Below are positions 1 through 13,692 of a stretch of 64,000 nt of DNA, piece after piece. The notes under the pieces are model-generated. The model was not told where the DNA came from. It saw nothing but the letters and a program-made list of their open reading frames with translations, and did not search any database. Source of the stretch: the human T2T-CHM13v2.0 reference genome, Homo sapiens; NCBI RefSeq assembly GCF_009914755.1, contig NC_060930.1, one strand, 5' to 3'. Both the position numbers and the translations under genes were made by a program. Numbering within the stretch: the stretch's first letter is position 1; each line of letters opens with the position of its first letter.

Positions 1-1864
1 TTTAAAAATATTTGGGAGCTGACAGAAGATAAGCTTTAATTATCTAAAGACTCGTTGGTATGGAACACCTCATTCCTTTCCAAAGCTAGATATGGATATG
101 TACAAATGTTGCAAAACATGCAGAACACTTTCAGAGCAAATGCAAGATGACAAACTCCACTGCTATGAGCTGCACTGTGGATCCCCAAAGGAAAAACTAG
201 AAAGACCACGGATAAAAGCCACAAAACCAAGGAGACTACAAAACATTTAGCAGGAGAAGGGAAGGGGAGGTGACATTATGGAGGGGACAGATTTCTACAG
301 GTCTAAAAGAGAACTTTCTTCTTTTAGACATAAAGGAAGACTGCTGCTTAGAAAGTGTTTTCAGAATCATGATACTTAGCATGCCTTTGACTCTTATAAA
401 TTGCAAAGGATGATTATGAATATTAACTAATTGATCAACCTGCAGAGCACTCTTTAGAATTCTATAGAACTGGACCCCAATTAAAAAGGGGCAAACATGC
501 CTAGAGAAGTCCCATGAAATCTTGGGGTTGGGTCTGAATTCTCAGGAGCAATGAGATCTGCCCTTGCAGATGCAAATTGCTCAGGTCTTAGCCTTGGGCC
601 AGTATCTCCCCAGTTCTGGAACCTTTTTGAGATGAGTTTAGTTGGTAAAGGATGGATATTTTTCATTTCAATAGTTGATTATTTATTTTAATATGCATTT
701 AAACAATTATAAATAAAGCATCTTATTCATGACTTTCTATGCTTAACATGAGTAAAAATTTAAAAAGTAAGCCTATTCAAGGAAAAATAGTAATGGTGCT
801 GACACTTGCCTAGGGAAAAGGCCACCCTGGTTATATATCAATATATTGACATGTCAATAACTGAAGTTTTGAGAAAAGCTGAGAGCAATGCTCACTCTTA
901 TTTTCTCAAATGTATGCCTGTCTGTTTAATCCTCATGTCTACAACTAAATGATTTTAAATTTGTGCAGTTTTTATTTCTGATGTGGAGTTAAAGGAAAAC
1001 AGATAGAAAAGGGGGATGAGATGAGGACACAGGAAGCAAGTAAGGAAAGTTCTAAAACCATGCAAGCTCTGAAAACTGGTTAAAGAAACTAGCAGAAACA
1101 AGTGTTTTGAATGCAGCGTACACAACAGTCTGCATGAAGATGCAGCTCTATTTTATTTAGAATTTGGCTCTCTTGAGTGGCCTGGGGAGACAGGCATCTC
1201 ATTTTCTGGAGGGGCCCGGAGAAACAGCAGTCACTCGGCATTCTTCTTGCCAACATCTCGCACAAATAGCACACAGCAGTGGCTCATTCTAACAACAGAC
1301 AACACTACCGAGCACTCAGAGCCCTGTTCTCTCAGCAGAGACAAGGCTCCCGGAGGCAGTGACAAAAAGAAAAAAAAAAGGATTTTTTTTGGAACTTCCC
1401 TTCTTATTTCCTTTCTTCAAATTACCTCTTCTAATTGCATACATGGAGTTTACAGAAATTTAACAGGAGAAACCAGGATGGGAAATATATGAGAAGAAGT
1501 GACATAAAGGCATGTCATGTCAAATCTGCAGAAGATTGCTGAAGCAGGAACCAGTAATAGATCTGCCAGAATACAGATCTATGACATCACATTTCAGCCA
1601 CTAAAGGATGCTGTGTGGTCTTTTCTAGAAGGATCCAACCACCGGCCCTTGGACATCTCTCAGCCTCATCTCTGCCCATTCCAGCTAAAGTGGTTCATTC
1701 TCGCAGTCTAGCTGGTATCTTATTTTTCATGACTTGGTCCAACCTCACTTCTTTCATAAGACTTCCCTGGTTCCCGTGGTCTGAGTCAGATGCAATGCTC
1801 TGGGCTCCCATAGTGCCTTCCTCTTGCTTTCCTTCCTACCTTCCTTCTTACTTCCTTTATTAGA

Positions 1865-2370
1865 TCCTTCAGCAAATATTTATTGAGCACCTACTATGTT
1901 TTGATGACTGTTTTAGGTGCTAGAGCTATGATAACAGGACCCCTCTTCTCATGGAGAATCCATGGAGAGGGGTCAGGTTGGGGAATAAAACACAGCCCCC
2001 TCAAAAGCATCCCAAATTATAAACAACATAATTTTATAATAAAAGTTCTGTAATGGCAATAAAGAGAGTTATGCGTCATGATCTAAAGAGGGTCATTTAG
2101 TTTAGGTGGGGTAGACAGAGAAGGCCTCTCTGAAAAGATCATTTTAAGCTGAGATCATGATGATACAAAGGAGTCATAAATGAAAAGATCTGGAAGGTTA
2201 GCAGCAACAACATATGCAAAGGTTCTAAGATAAGGAAGAGCTCTCAGGTGTTTCAGGAACAGAAACAAGACCAGTGGGGCTCAAGTGGAGTGGGTCAGGA
2301 GGTAAGCAGGGGCCAGGTCCCATGGGGATTTTTCGACCATGGTAGAGCACAAGGATTTTATTCTAAGGGC
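1865..2370 (-). mobile_element. L2 LINE fragment (3' end)
   Basis: Reverse complement of L2 tail 'ttcagcaaatatttattgagcacctactatgt' followed by typical L2 body. Confidence 0.75.
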
Positions 2371-2499
2371 ACCTTAGAAACCACCTACATAAATGATGAG
2401 ATGGGAAGAACTTATTAAATTTACTTAGGGAGCCATTTTGAAACTCTCTTGTTTACCAAACATGCTGAGTCCACAGGTCTGGGGAGACCAGGTAGATAC

Positions 2500-3470
2500 A
2501 TTTGTGTCCCACTGACCAACACGCTCTGTAGACACATCGAACTTGACATGTTCAAAACCAAACTTATTACCTTCCTTTCACTCACCCTTCATTCCCCCAA
2601 CTCCAGCCCAAGTGGCTTCTGCTGTATCCTATTATCAGCATCCCACAGTCATCCAAGTGGGAATTCAGAGTCATCCTTGATGCCTCCTCCACCTTCCAAC
2701 TAAATTCAATCAGACTAAGTCCTGTCAGTTTTACCATCAAAATCTCTCTTGGAATGGTCCCTTCTCTCCTTCCTCACTGCCAACTGCATTCATCTAGTCT
2801 CCCATCATCTCTCCCCTGATATTCGTGATAGTCTCCCAAACTTGCTCCTGGTCTTCATGTTCAAGAGATTGTCCACATTGCAGCCAGTGTTCTCTTTCAA
2901 AAACAGGGAATGCGATCACAGTGGTAGGCCTCTGTCTAGGGGGAAGTACACTGACACTTTCTTTCTAGATATTGCTGACCTTCTTGCCTGTTTGATATCA
3001 GGGATACCTCCATGTGCTTACAGGATAAATCTCAAGTCCTTATTATGGTTTTTCAGGACTTTTTGTGTCTGACTCAACTTATGTGCCTGATGCCTCCCTA
3101 ACATCCTACATCCTACGATCACTTCTTGCTTCTAGAATACTCCCTGCCTTTTCCTGTCTCTCTATCTTCACCCAAACTCTTTCCTCTGCCCAGAATTCTC
3201 TTCTCCCTGAGCAAACTTCACTTGCGTTTTAAGTTCCAGCTGAAATGATTCCTCCCATAGAAGTGTAGGTGGTCCATTATCAGTGCCTCTGCATATAGCA
3301 CTTAGCACTTTATATTTTTAGGGCTTCTCGTCTTGGTTATAAATCTTTGTATCCCCATGAGCTTATCAAGAGCAGAGATTAGGTCATGCTTATCTCTTTA
3401 TTTCTAGCACTTGATACCGTATCTGGAACAAAATGCATGGAACATATTTGTTGAAAGGATAAACCAATGA
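2500..3470 (+). mobile_element. L2 LINE fragment
   Basis: 'catgttcaaaaccaaactt...gagtcatccttgatgcctc' L2 motifs, ending in tail 'catatttgttgaaaggataaaccaatgaa'. Confidence 0.75.
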
Positions 3471-4624
3471 ATTACTTTTTCTCCCTCTGCCCCATTTGCC
3501 ATATATTTTGATATCCAAGCCCACCTTTGCAAGTAAACAACAACAACAACAAAACACAAATAATATGCAAAATGTCAAGCCATTTCTGTTCAATGTCCGC
3601 TATGGATACTTCCTCAGTCACAGCTTTAAATAATGTGAGGTGATGCTAAACTGGAATTATCTTGGCACGGTAAATGCATCTGAGATTTAACTGAGTTTAG
3701 GCCCAAAGATTTCATTTTTCAAGGAGTTTGCCAAAATGGCTAAAACAGAAACAAGCAGACACTGCTTTAAATATGGGTTGCTTCCTCTTTGTTCGAGGAG
3801 TTACTGGCCCACTTTAAAATGGGTGAAAGCTCCCCAGAGGAAGAAAGCAATGATCATTCCTTTTTGTTTAACTACAGGTAGAACAGCTACATGGAGACCC
3901 CGAAGCATTTGAACTCTTTGTCCTGGCACTTTTATTCAGGTTTACCTAATGTAGTGCTCTGCTAAGAACGTGCTAATGAAAAAGTGGCGTTATTAATGTT
4001 TGGCTGTGCTTAGAAATCCAGGCAAGAAGGTCAGCAATATCTGGAAAGAAGATGTCAGTATATTCCCCTTAGGCATGGGTTTACCCACTGTAATCACAAA
4101 ACAGAACACGGAAAGCATAGGCTGGGCTGGAAGACTTGATGCACAATCACATTGAAATACAACCAAACCCTACGGAGACAGGGGGTGCCGTTGCACAGAA
4201 AAGATCCCCGTGAAGATCTCAAGATCACTTCAGTCGTTCAGCTGTGTCCATCTTTGTCTGGACAATAGAAAGGCAGCTTCACTGAGCTGTGCTCTCGTAA
4301 CTTCTGGATGACTCCAATCCCACACTTGCAGGTTTCCATTTTCTCAGCTATAAAATAGTGGAATTGAGGTCTAGGAGAGTATGCCTCTGAGTTTAGAGGA
4401 GCCAAAGATTGCTGACAAGGGGGTGTGTTCCATGTCATGGAAGGCTGCACAGAAGCTATAGGCTTTGAGCAGTACCTGGAAGAATGCACAGGACTTCAAG
4501 AGAGGAGTTAAGAGAGGAACAGTGTCAATGTGAAGAGGGCAGAAGATTGTTCTGAGTTCAGTGAGTAAACCTATTTGGAGAAGAGCTAAGTCCTACCATA
4601 TCTGTTATTTAAATCTTTTATCTG

Positions 4625-5120
4625 CTAACATTAATCAACATTCTTCTATAGTGCCTTGTACTAGGAGCCTGGGGTGGCAAAAAAAAAAGAGACATAGTTT
4701 ATATCCCCGAAGGAACTCATAGTCTATGGAGGAGACAGACTTGTGAACAAGTTCAGAGCAGTGTGATTGATGCTACAATAAGAGGTGTAATCAAATGCCT
4801 TGGAAGCACATAGAGAGGACAGCCTGACTGCCCAGAAGAATCACAGAAAGTTTTATGGAGGTAGTGACAATTGGAGAGGTCTTGAAGATGAGCTGGAGCT
4901 CGCTAAGTGAGGCAGAAAGAGAGCTCCAGCTAAGAGCCCCTTGTCGTTGCTCAACACAAGCCTTCAGGTACTTAACAGTCTCCTCAATGCTTCTCATATT
5001 TGCCAGACTCATTTTCAGCCCACTCATATGCTCATTGCCCATCGTGTTTGCCAAGCCTGGGATGCCCATTCCAAAATGCCCAGGTCCATCACCTCTCTGA
5101 AGCTTGCCATGTGATCTCTT
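4625..5120. mobile_element. Degenerate L2 fragments, opposite orientations
   Basis: 'tcatagtctatggaggagacagac' (L2 minus) then 'gcctgggatgccc...tcacctctctgaagcttgcc' (L2 plus). Confidence 0.5.
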
Positions 5121-5809
5121 CAACTTTGTTAGCTAGAGAAACGATATGCACGCTGATACACCTGAGTTGTCCAGAGATGAGGCAAAACAGGGTATAGCAG
5201 TGTGAGGGCTCATACAACCCATGCAAACGAACTGCTCATTCAGGCCCATCTACTCCTGTTCCCAAAAACATTCCAGGAAAATGCAATGCCAAGTTAACAA
5301 ATGTCTGCCACTATTCCAGCCCACAGTGTTCCCTCCGTGTTTGGAAATTCTAAAACACCCTTAGTTTGTACTGCCAACTTAGCATACATAAATGTATCCT
5401 TTTAAAAATAAATGCATTATTTTTATTGTTTCTTCTGTGTTAGTTGTATCTCACTAACTAGACAATAGTTAGTTGGACAGTTAGTTGTATCTCACTAGAC
5501 AATAATCTCCTTCATGATGGCAACCAAGTCTAACATTCTTCTATAAGTAACATGACCCTATGCCCCCAGGCACCAGTGGCAACCCCAGTTACAACCAGTT
5601 ATGTGTCCTACTTAGAAGCTTCCCACTAACCAGCCCTGTACTCGAAATATTCATCTACTCAGTTGTAGGCACACTGAAAATATTTGATTAATTGATTTGC
5701 TCCAAATGTTCACGAATCCCCTCGTCCTAAAGACAGAATGTCCCAGAGCATTTCCTCATCTGTAACAGCTGCTCAAAAGTGTTCATTGCATCTAATACTA
5801 TTAATTTTA

Positions 5810-7360
5810 CACGAATGACTTCTAAAGCTACATCTCTATCCCAGACATGTCACGTGAGCTTCAAGACTCCCATTGTCCTCTAATCCCAGGCACTTAATAT
5901 GTCCAGAATTTATCCTCGCCACTCTGGATCACCCAGATACCTGCTCATTCTCCCTCATTTCCTATCTCAGTGATTGGCATCCATTCTGTTGATCAAGCCA
6001 AAACCCTGTGAGATATCTTCCACTTCTAAGTAGAAGGACCTACGATGACTCTGCTTCTTACTTTCTCGTATTACTTCCTTCCTTGATGATCACTCACTCA
6101 AAATCCTGTCGATTTCATCCTTTAAATAGCTCTTGAACACGGCTGCTCTATTTCAGATTGCCATCATCTCCTGTTTAGATTATGGTGAGGGCTTCCAAAC
6201 ACATTTTCCTGTTCGCAATCTTTCCAGTTTCTGGTCTATTTTCCACCGAACAGAGGGCTCTTTCTAAAACATACACATAATCATCTCACCCTTAGGCTTA
6301 AAAACTCTTTAGCGGTCTCACTTTTTTTCTTGGATAAAGTCCAAACTCCTCAATATGGTTCCCATTTACTTCTTTGACATCATTTCTCATTACCTTTATC
6401 TCTTTTTACTCTGGGGATTTATGCTACAGCCAGATTAAATACTCCAGGTTCACTGTGAATGTCTACTCTCATCTCCCAGCCTCTGCACATCCTCTGCCCC
6501 TTGCCTGAAACCCTTCCCTTGCCCCCCCATCTTTCATAAGGTGAACTCTTTTTATCCTTCAGCACTCCTCCAATCTTACTCTGAAGGATTACACCCAGCC
6601 CCCAACCAGCAACTGGAATGACCTAGCTAAAACGCATATCTAACCACGTCACTTCTTTGATCGAACGATTCAGTGCTTTCTGATCTCCTACAGCATAAAA
6701 TCCAAGCTCCTTACTACATTGCTGCAGATGTTGACGTCTCACTGTTCTGTCTTTGTGCTTCATGTTTCATGTGCCTAAATGCCCCTCCATATTTCAGGAG
6801 GGTGCTGGATTTGATCTTGGCCTTAACACTTAGTAGCTGGGAATTCGTATCTGTTTATTCTCAGTACAATGCGGATATTCTATCTAAATATTGCATCTAT
6901 CTTAGACTTATTGTGATGGTATGAATTAGTATTTTATGCATTGCACATAATGAGCTTTCAATGAGTACTGTTCATGATCTTCATTATGTTTATTGTTGTT
7001 GATGTTCTAGGGATTGTCTCCTTCAAGACATTTTTCAACCCCAAGATTTCATTCATTCATTCAATAATATGTATACAGCCCCTGCCATGTTCCAGACACT
7101 CTGCTAGGCACTTGGGGATAAAGATTAATAAGGTAATCTTTGCTTTCAAGAATATTATAATGTAGTCCTCCTCTTCTGATACTAGTGGTAATCACATCAC
7201 TTTACCATGGTGTACCAAAATCGTCTATTTATATCACTTGCTCCATGAGATTGTGTCATCCTCAGAGTCAGAAATGGATTTATTCACTTTTAGTCTCCCA
7301 ATGCCTAGTATACTTCCTGGCACATGGTACGTTTTCAATTACTGTTTGTTGAACTGAACA
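5810..7360. mobile_element. L2 fragments with a MIR (~6800-6970)
   Basis: L2 motifs ('catctctatcccagac', 'ggataaagtccaaactcct', 'attcattcattcaataa', 'aatgcctagtatacttcctggcacatgg'). Confidence 0.6.
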
Positions 7361-7729
7361 AATACCACACTTCATCATTCTAGTCTTACTCAACTCTTGG
7401 CAAATATTCTGCAGGCAAGTCTCAAATTCATAAAAACTAGTTTATACCAGTTCCAAAATTTACTTTCTTGTTTCTGCTGTGCTGAAGAAAATAAAAATGT
7501 TACTGCACTATTTGTCTATTATTTCTGATTAATTTAGAAGTCTGCAGACTTTAGAGACAAAATATGCTATATAGCACCTTTTAAACTATGGAGGGAAGTA
7601 AAACAAGATTTATTTTGGCTAGGTTTTCTTAGCAAGCTCCATAAAGTAATCATTGTGTACTTTTCTGGAAGCACCAATAACAGTCCTGCACCATGGACAA
7701 ATTTCAGCAAAGATCACAGAAACCTTGAG

Positions 7730-7985
7730 CCACCCATCCATCCACCCTTCTCACCCTCCCTTCTTTTCTTCCTTCATCCATCCATCCAACCAGCCAGCCA
7801 GCCAGCCAGCCAACCATTCATCCATCCATCCATCCACCCATCCATCCATCCATCCATCTGTCCATCCATCCATCTGTTCATCCATCCATCCATTCATCCA
7901 TCCATCTATCCATCTGTCCATCAGTCCAACCATTCATCCATCCTTCTGTCCATCTACTCACCTAGACAACTATTCATTCATCAAC
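7730..7985. repeat. (TCCA)n/(CCAG)n compound microsatellite
   Basis: Directly visible; gives the HPSI-rich ORFs. Confidence 0.95.
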
Positions 7986-8220
7986 TAACTTCAACTAAGC
8001 ATAAACTCTATGGCCAGAATGGTGTCTGGGCACTGAAGTCTTATGGATTTCAAGTATTTCTTATAGAATTTTCAGCATTTCAGTAGGAGTAGTGGAGAAG
8101 ATGACATGGATGTCTGTTTTCTTCTTAACACATTTGTTATTGGCATTTTTGTTTGATCACAAACACTTTTATCTGAGTTTATATTAAATATGACATATTT
8201 GAGGAAAGTTACCTTTTTAA

Positions 8221-8519
<299 letters not shown>

Positions 8520-9271
8520 AAAATATTTTTTAAGTTGCTTTGAGAAAGCAAACGTGAGTGAACAGATAAAAGTTCTGAGAACTTAATGGAGCTAGAACCT
8601 TGGGACCTAATGAACAAATCAAGAGAAATGATGATGTGGTTCTAAGCTAAACAATGAATTCCCCATTGCTTACTTAGCAAGTTGTAATTATTACCAGTGC
8701 CACATGTGCTTATAACATTAACAAATCCAACCCCCTAGATCAAATCTAATTGACCTCGAATAATGGCAAAGAATAGCCATCATAGTAAAACGGAAATGTT
8801 TACCATTAACTTTTGCTGTGTTTGCACACTTTTCAGAAGCAACACATCAAGAATCACTTCCTTCTGAGAAAATTCCATAAGAACAATTCTACCACCATAG
8901 TCCATGGTGTTCAGCTCTCTCAAAGTCTGATCATCTCTTTTGAATTTTTTTTTAAAAAAAGGGTCCCCGCCTAGATATGTCATTTCCTGCATAGTTATAG
9001 AGCTCCATCTGCTGAACAAGGCATGGACCAGCACACTCTAAAGTCCCCAAATCTCAAGGGCAATAAAAAGATTGGATCAAATCTGTGATGACAAGGAAAT
9101 GATCACACACTTAGTCTTGCAAGAGCTTCTTTACAAAAGCCCCAAGCAAGTCAGCCTTCATCTGAGATAGGTTAACATCAACAAGCAAAGGTTGTATTGT
9201 TGTCTTGCACAGTCTATTTCTATGGGGAGTATTAGCAATTTGGAGGAATTTAGGGCAATTCCCACACTTAC

Positions 9272-9314
9272 CTATCTTCTTTCTACTGCACATTGGGATC
9301 TTCAGCCCCCAATC
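9272..9314 (-). ncRNA. Candidate 43-nt non-coding exon
   Basis: Minus strand 'tttgtattgatttgatatag|GATT...GATAG|gtaagt': perfect donor and plausible acceptor; no transcript evidence. Confidence 0.25.
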
Positions 9315-9462
9315 CTATATCAAATCAATACAAATATATTTAACTGTGAATTTCTGATGAAATCCTCCCGGAGCTCATTTTCCTTCTCTACTCCATTGCA
9401 ACATTTTCCAGGTGTTTCCCTTGAGAATGGACCATCAGCACTTCACAGAGTACACTGCCCAC

Positions 9463-9540
9463 CTGCTCTTCCAAAAGCTGCAACCCACAGGCTCAGCAGC
9501 AATATCTGACGTAATTATTACATGTGTCTCATCTTGAAAT
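9463..9540 (-). ncRNA. Candidate 78-nt non-coding exon
   Basis: Minus strand 'cctgtttgccagcctctgcag|ATTTC...GAGCAG|gtgggc'; no transcript evidence. Confidence 0.22.
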
Positions 9541-10159
9541 CTGCAGAGGCTGGCAAACAGGACCACCTCAGTGGAGGACCTTAGGGAGACCTTCCACCAA
9601 AGAACAGCCTTCAAGTCTTCTGGTCTCACTCATTGACTGAAAGATCTGAATTCCTCATTATTAATTATTCACTATTTCCTAGGAGTCCCTAAGGCTTTCT
9701 AGTTATCTGAAGAATGAAAATATTAGAGACATAATATGCTGAGAAAGGAAAAAGAAAGAACGAAAACACTGTCTTTTCATTTCTTATCTATGGATTTTAC
9801 TTCCTCACCCTGAGTTCTACTCTGCGACTTAATTATTGTAGAATAATCTAATGGAATCATCAGCTCAATAGTTGGATGCCTCATGTCCTTTCACCTAGAA
9901 GCAGTTATCTGCCTGAAGGTAGTCATCAACAAGGAGACAGACTCCTGGGCAGAGACCCAGTGGGGAACCTCTGAGAGACTGTGCAAATCAGGCCAGCTTT
10001 TCCAAGTGCTGAAATGAACCTGCAGCAGCCTTGCAGGCAAAGGTATATTTTAGGACAGCAGCACTGCATATTTAAAAGTTAAATCCCCTGTTACACATTA
10101 GTGTTTCTCTCTGTTTCTCAGAGACAGGCAGACACAATCTGTTTCTCATTGTGTCTGAT

Positions 10160-10180
10160 TGTCTCTGTGTGTCTTTTTCT

Positions 10181-10220
<40 letters not shown>

Positions 10221-10260
10221 GTTCTGTTTATCTCTTTGGGGTTCTCTCTCTCTCTGTCTC
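10160..10260. repeat. CT-rich tract with (TC)18 at 10183-10218
   Basis: Directly visible. Confidence 0.95.
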
Positions 10261-11049
10261 TATCCATCTACTTCTCCACTTCCCTCTTACTCTCCGTAGT
10301 GTAGCCCTTTTATTAAAACAATAAAATTCTATTGCCAAATAACTGCTACTAATTGGGTCACCTGAGCCAGTGTGCCCTACCCCATTCTTAGGTTGTTCTT
10401 CTTGTACTACAGAGACCTGAGCGAATACAGGTTTTAAGGGAGGAAGAAATTGATGTTTTTGTATCCTCAAGATTTAGATGCTCAAAAATGGTCTAGCTGT
10501 CTGCCAAAAGAAACGTGGAGAAGAAGTATGCCTCTGGGGATATGGAATGCCAGGTCTTCTAACCATGCCAAGTCAATAATCAGTAAACTGATAATGTCAC
10601 AAGAAGTGATGTGAAGCTGAACCCCAGGTCACAGGCTCTCAGAAGTCAGATTCAGGCTATTCTGATAATTTTAGAAAATAGATAGTATTCAATCCATGTT
10701 ATAGGGATGTTTTGAACCAGTCTTCTGGTTCAAACATGAAAACAGCTAAAGGCAACTTCTTGCATCTATCCTTCCCCCACGATCCTATCCAACAGCCACA
10801 TCAACATCTGGTGGACATTGTAATCAGCCTTCATAATTGGGAGGAGGAAAGTGGAATGTTAGTATGAAAGAGCAGGAAAGATGATCAGAAATGATTCGCG
10901 GGGTGGGGGGCAATTGACAATTGGAGGGAAGTTTTTCTTTTCATGTCTTTTTCAACTAAGAATAAATATATCCTAAGTTGGGAAATGAGCCACTAAAATA
11001 AGCAAAAATTAATTGAATTTACTAATTTCTAAATAATAGGTCCAAAGAG

Positions 11050-11630
11050 AGAGTGTTTTTTACCTTTGAAATTGGCAAAGATTCTAAACTGAGAATGCCA
11101 AGTGCTGACAAAGGTATAGTGGAAAAGGCAATCTTAGGGCACTCATAAAATGGAAGCTTGGTACAACAGTTTTGGAAACAGTCTGATGGAACATTGAGCT
11201 CCTGGAAGTTTTTCATTTCCATTGACACAGTAATACAACTTCAGAGTAGAAGACTAAAAATACGTTCTGAAATAGATAAAATATTAATGCACACGGATGT
11301 TCATCATAACATGATTCATTATTGAATAAAGAAAGATAAAGTGGAAACAACTTGAATATCCACCAATAGGGAGATAAAGAAAAAAATCATTTGTGGAGAA
11401 CTTTAAATATAGAGAAATGCTTATATATGATGTTAGGAGAAAAAAGCAACATACAAAATGGTCTAAACTACGATAATATGAGTAAGAAAAATTGAATGTG
11501 GAATTGTAAGCAATTTTTTCCTTCTGATTTTGTCATGCTTTAAAAATAAAGCAAGGATTTTTGAAAGCCTTACAAAATCTCTACAATATGCAAATATTGC
11601 TTTAATAATCAGGAAAAATGGCATTCTTTT
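11050..11630 (+). mobile_element. Old L1M (L1ME-like) 3' fragment
   Basis: 'aaattggcaaagatt...ccaagtgctgacaaagg...ggtacaacagttttggaaa...ggaaacaacttgaatatccacc'. Confidence 0.65.
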
Positions 11631-12983
11631 GGCTGTAATCTGAGAGTGAAAGCCTTTCCAATACTTTGATTGAGACCTCAGAATTTAAACTCTTCTCACC
11701 AGTGCACAATGCTTGATTAGCTAAAATGTTCATTTATAGCATTAAAATAATCCTCTTAGTTCACCATAGTGCATTCTACTTTCATCCTCAGAAAACTGTG
11801 CACTTGAAGGCAGAAATTCACTCATATAAACCTTCCAACTAGACTCACCAACCAATTCTCTGAAGCACAGCTCTCTGAGAAAAGAGACTGTATAAATGTT
11901 TCCTTCTGAGATTCTTTGACTCTGATAACTTTCTATAATTATCCTTTATTGAATTAAATTACCACAGCCCTGATTACCCACCCACACATAGGATTTTCAA
12001 AAACCTTCTGGAGCAGTTTCCCAAATCCTCCAGGGTTTTCTGCAGTTGCAAAATCAGAGAGTTTAGCTAAACTGGATATTGCATGAAAATACACTGTTAC
12101 AAGTTGGCTTACAAAAGTTCTCTGGGAAGATTTTACTAACTATATTTTGGTGAATAAATCGAACTGGGAAAGTGTTGCAATCATTTTCTGGGATGTCTGT
12201 ATCTGGGAAAGGATACTCTTGCTAGAAACCTCCACTGGGGCCCTTGAGCTGGCCTCAGGGTGTCATGGGATGGTCATCATACCTATTTGCAGATAAATTT
12301 ATCATGTTCTCACAGAACCTGTTGGTCTGATAACTCAACATTGTCTTAACTTTGTGTATCCTGGATGCCTGTATTTGTCAGATATATGTACTAGAAATAT
12401 CTTCTCCTAGTCTGTGGCTTGTTGATTCATTTTCTTAACAGTGACTTTTAACCATTTTTCTGAAGTCCAATTTATTATTATTTTTTCTGTTAGTTTTAGT
12501 GTTTCTTTGTGCTTTCTAAGAAATATATCCCTGTCCCAAGGTCACAACGATACTATTCTATGTTTTCTTCTAGAATCCTTATGGTTTTAGCTTTTAAATA
12601 TAGTCTACGATCTATCTCAAGTTAACTTTTGTGAGGTAGAAGGTGTGGTTTAAGTTGATTTTACCCCATGCATTTGTTCAATTGTTTCAGAACTATTTTG
12701 TTGGAAAAAAAAAAAGCAAACTTCACTTTCCCTATTGAATTCTCCTGACATACTTGTTGAAAATAATTTCAACATAAATGTATGGGTTTATGAGTGAACT
12801 CTATTGTATTCCACTGATCTGTTTGTACATCCTTACACCAATATCACACTGTCTTGATTATAGAACTTAATAATGAGCCTTTAAATTATGTACTTGGTTC
12901 CAGCTTGGTTCTTTTTTTTTTTTCCTCTGAGACAATTTTGACTACCCAAGGCCCTTTACATTCCCAGATAAATTTTAGAATAA

Positions 12984-13289
<306 letters not shown>

Positions 13290-13563
13290 AAGCATTTCAG
13301 TTTCTACAAAATGTCTTAGGATTTTGACAGACTGTATTAAATCCACAGATAAGCTTGAGGATAACTGACATCTTAAGACTATTGAATCTTATTTATGAAC
13401 ATGGTATATATTTTGATTTCTTTAATTTCTCTTATAAATGTTCTGTAGTTTTCAGGGTGGAGATCTTGTCTTTCACTGACTTTACCCCTTAATATTTTAC
13501 AGTTTTAGAAATCTGTTTCAAATTACTTTAAAACATTTTTCATTCTTCTAGTGTTTGCTGTTA

Positions 13564-13643
13564 TTAGGGTGGTGGAAAAGTAATTGCATTTTTTTCCGTT
13601 AAAAGTAATGGCAAGAATTGCATTTCCTTTTGCACCAACCTAA
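13564..13643. mobile_element. MADE1 (Hsmar1-derived 80-bp MITE)
   Basis: 80-bp imperfect palindrome ttagggtggtggaaaagtaattgc...ttttgcaccaacctaa with TA flanks. Confidence 0.9.
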
Positions 13644-13692
13644 TATTTTATGTATATGCAGTTAATTCCTGCATATTGATCATGGACCCTGT

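Noticed and set aside
4174-4347. Additional minus-strand exon
   Set aside because: The acceptor (ttttatag) is plausible but the donor (TCC|gtaggg) is weak; not supportable without transcript data.
4791-5123. 110-aa minus-strand ORF
   Set aside because: Overlaps degenerate L2 sequence; no recognisable domain or splice context.
7653-8086. HPSI/PSIH-rich ORFs
   Set aside because: Translation of a (TCCA)n microsatellite.
8780-9034. Protein-like ORF (RELNTMDYGGRIVLMEF...) as a coding exon
   Set aside because: No recognisable family, poor acceptor tract, and no open frame with neighbouring candidate exons.
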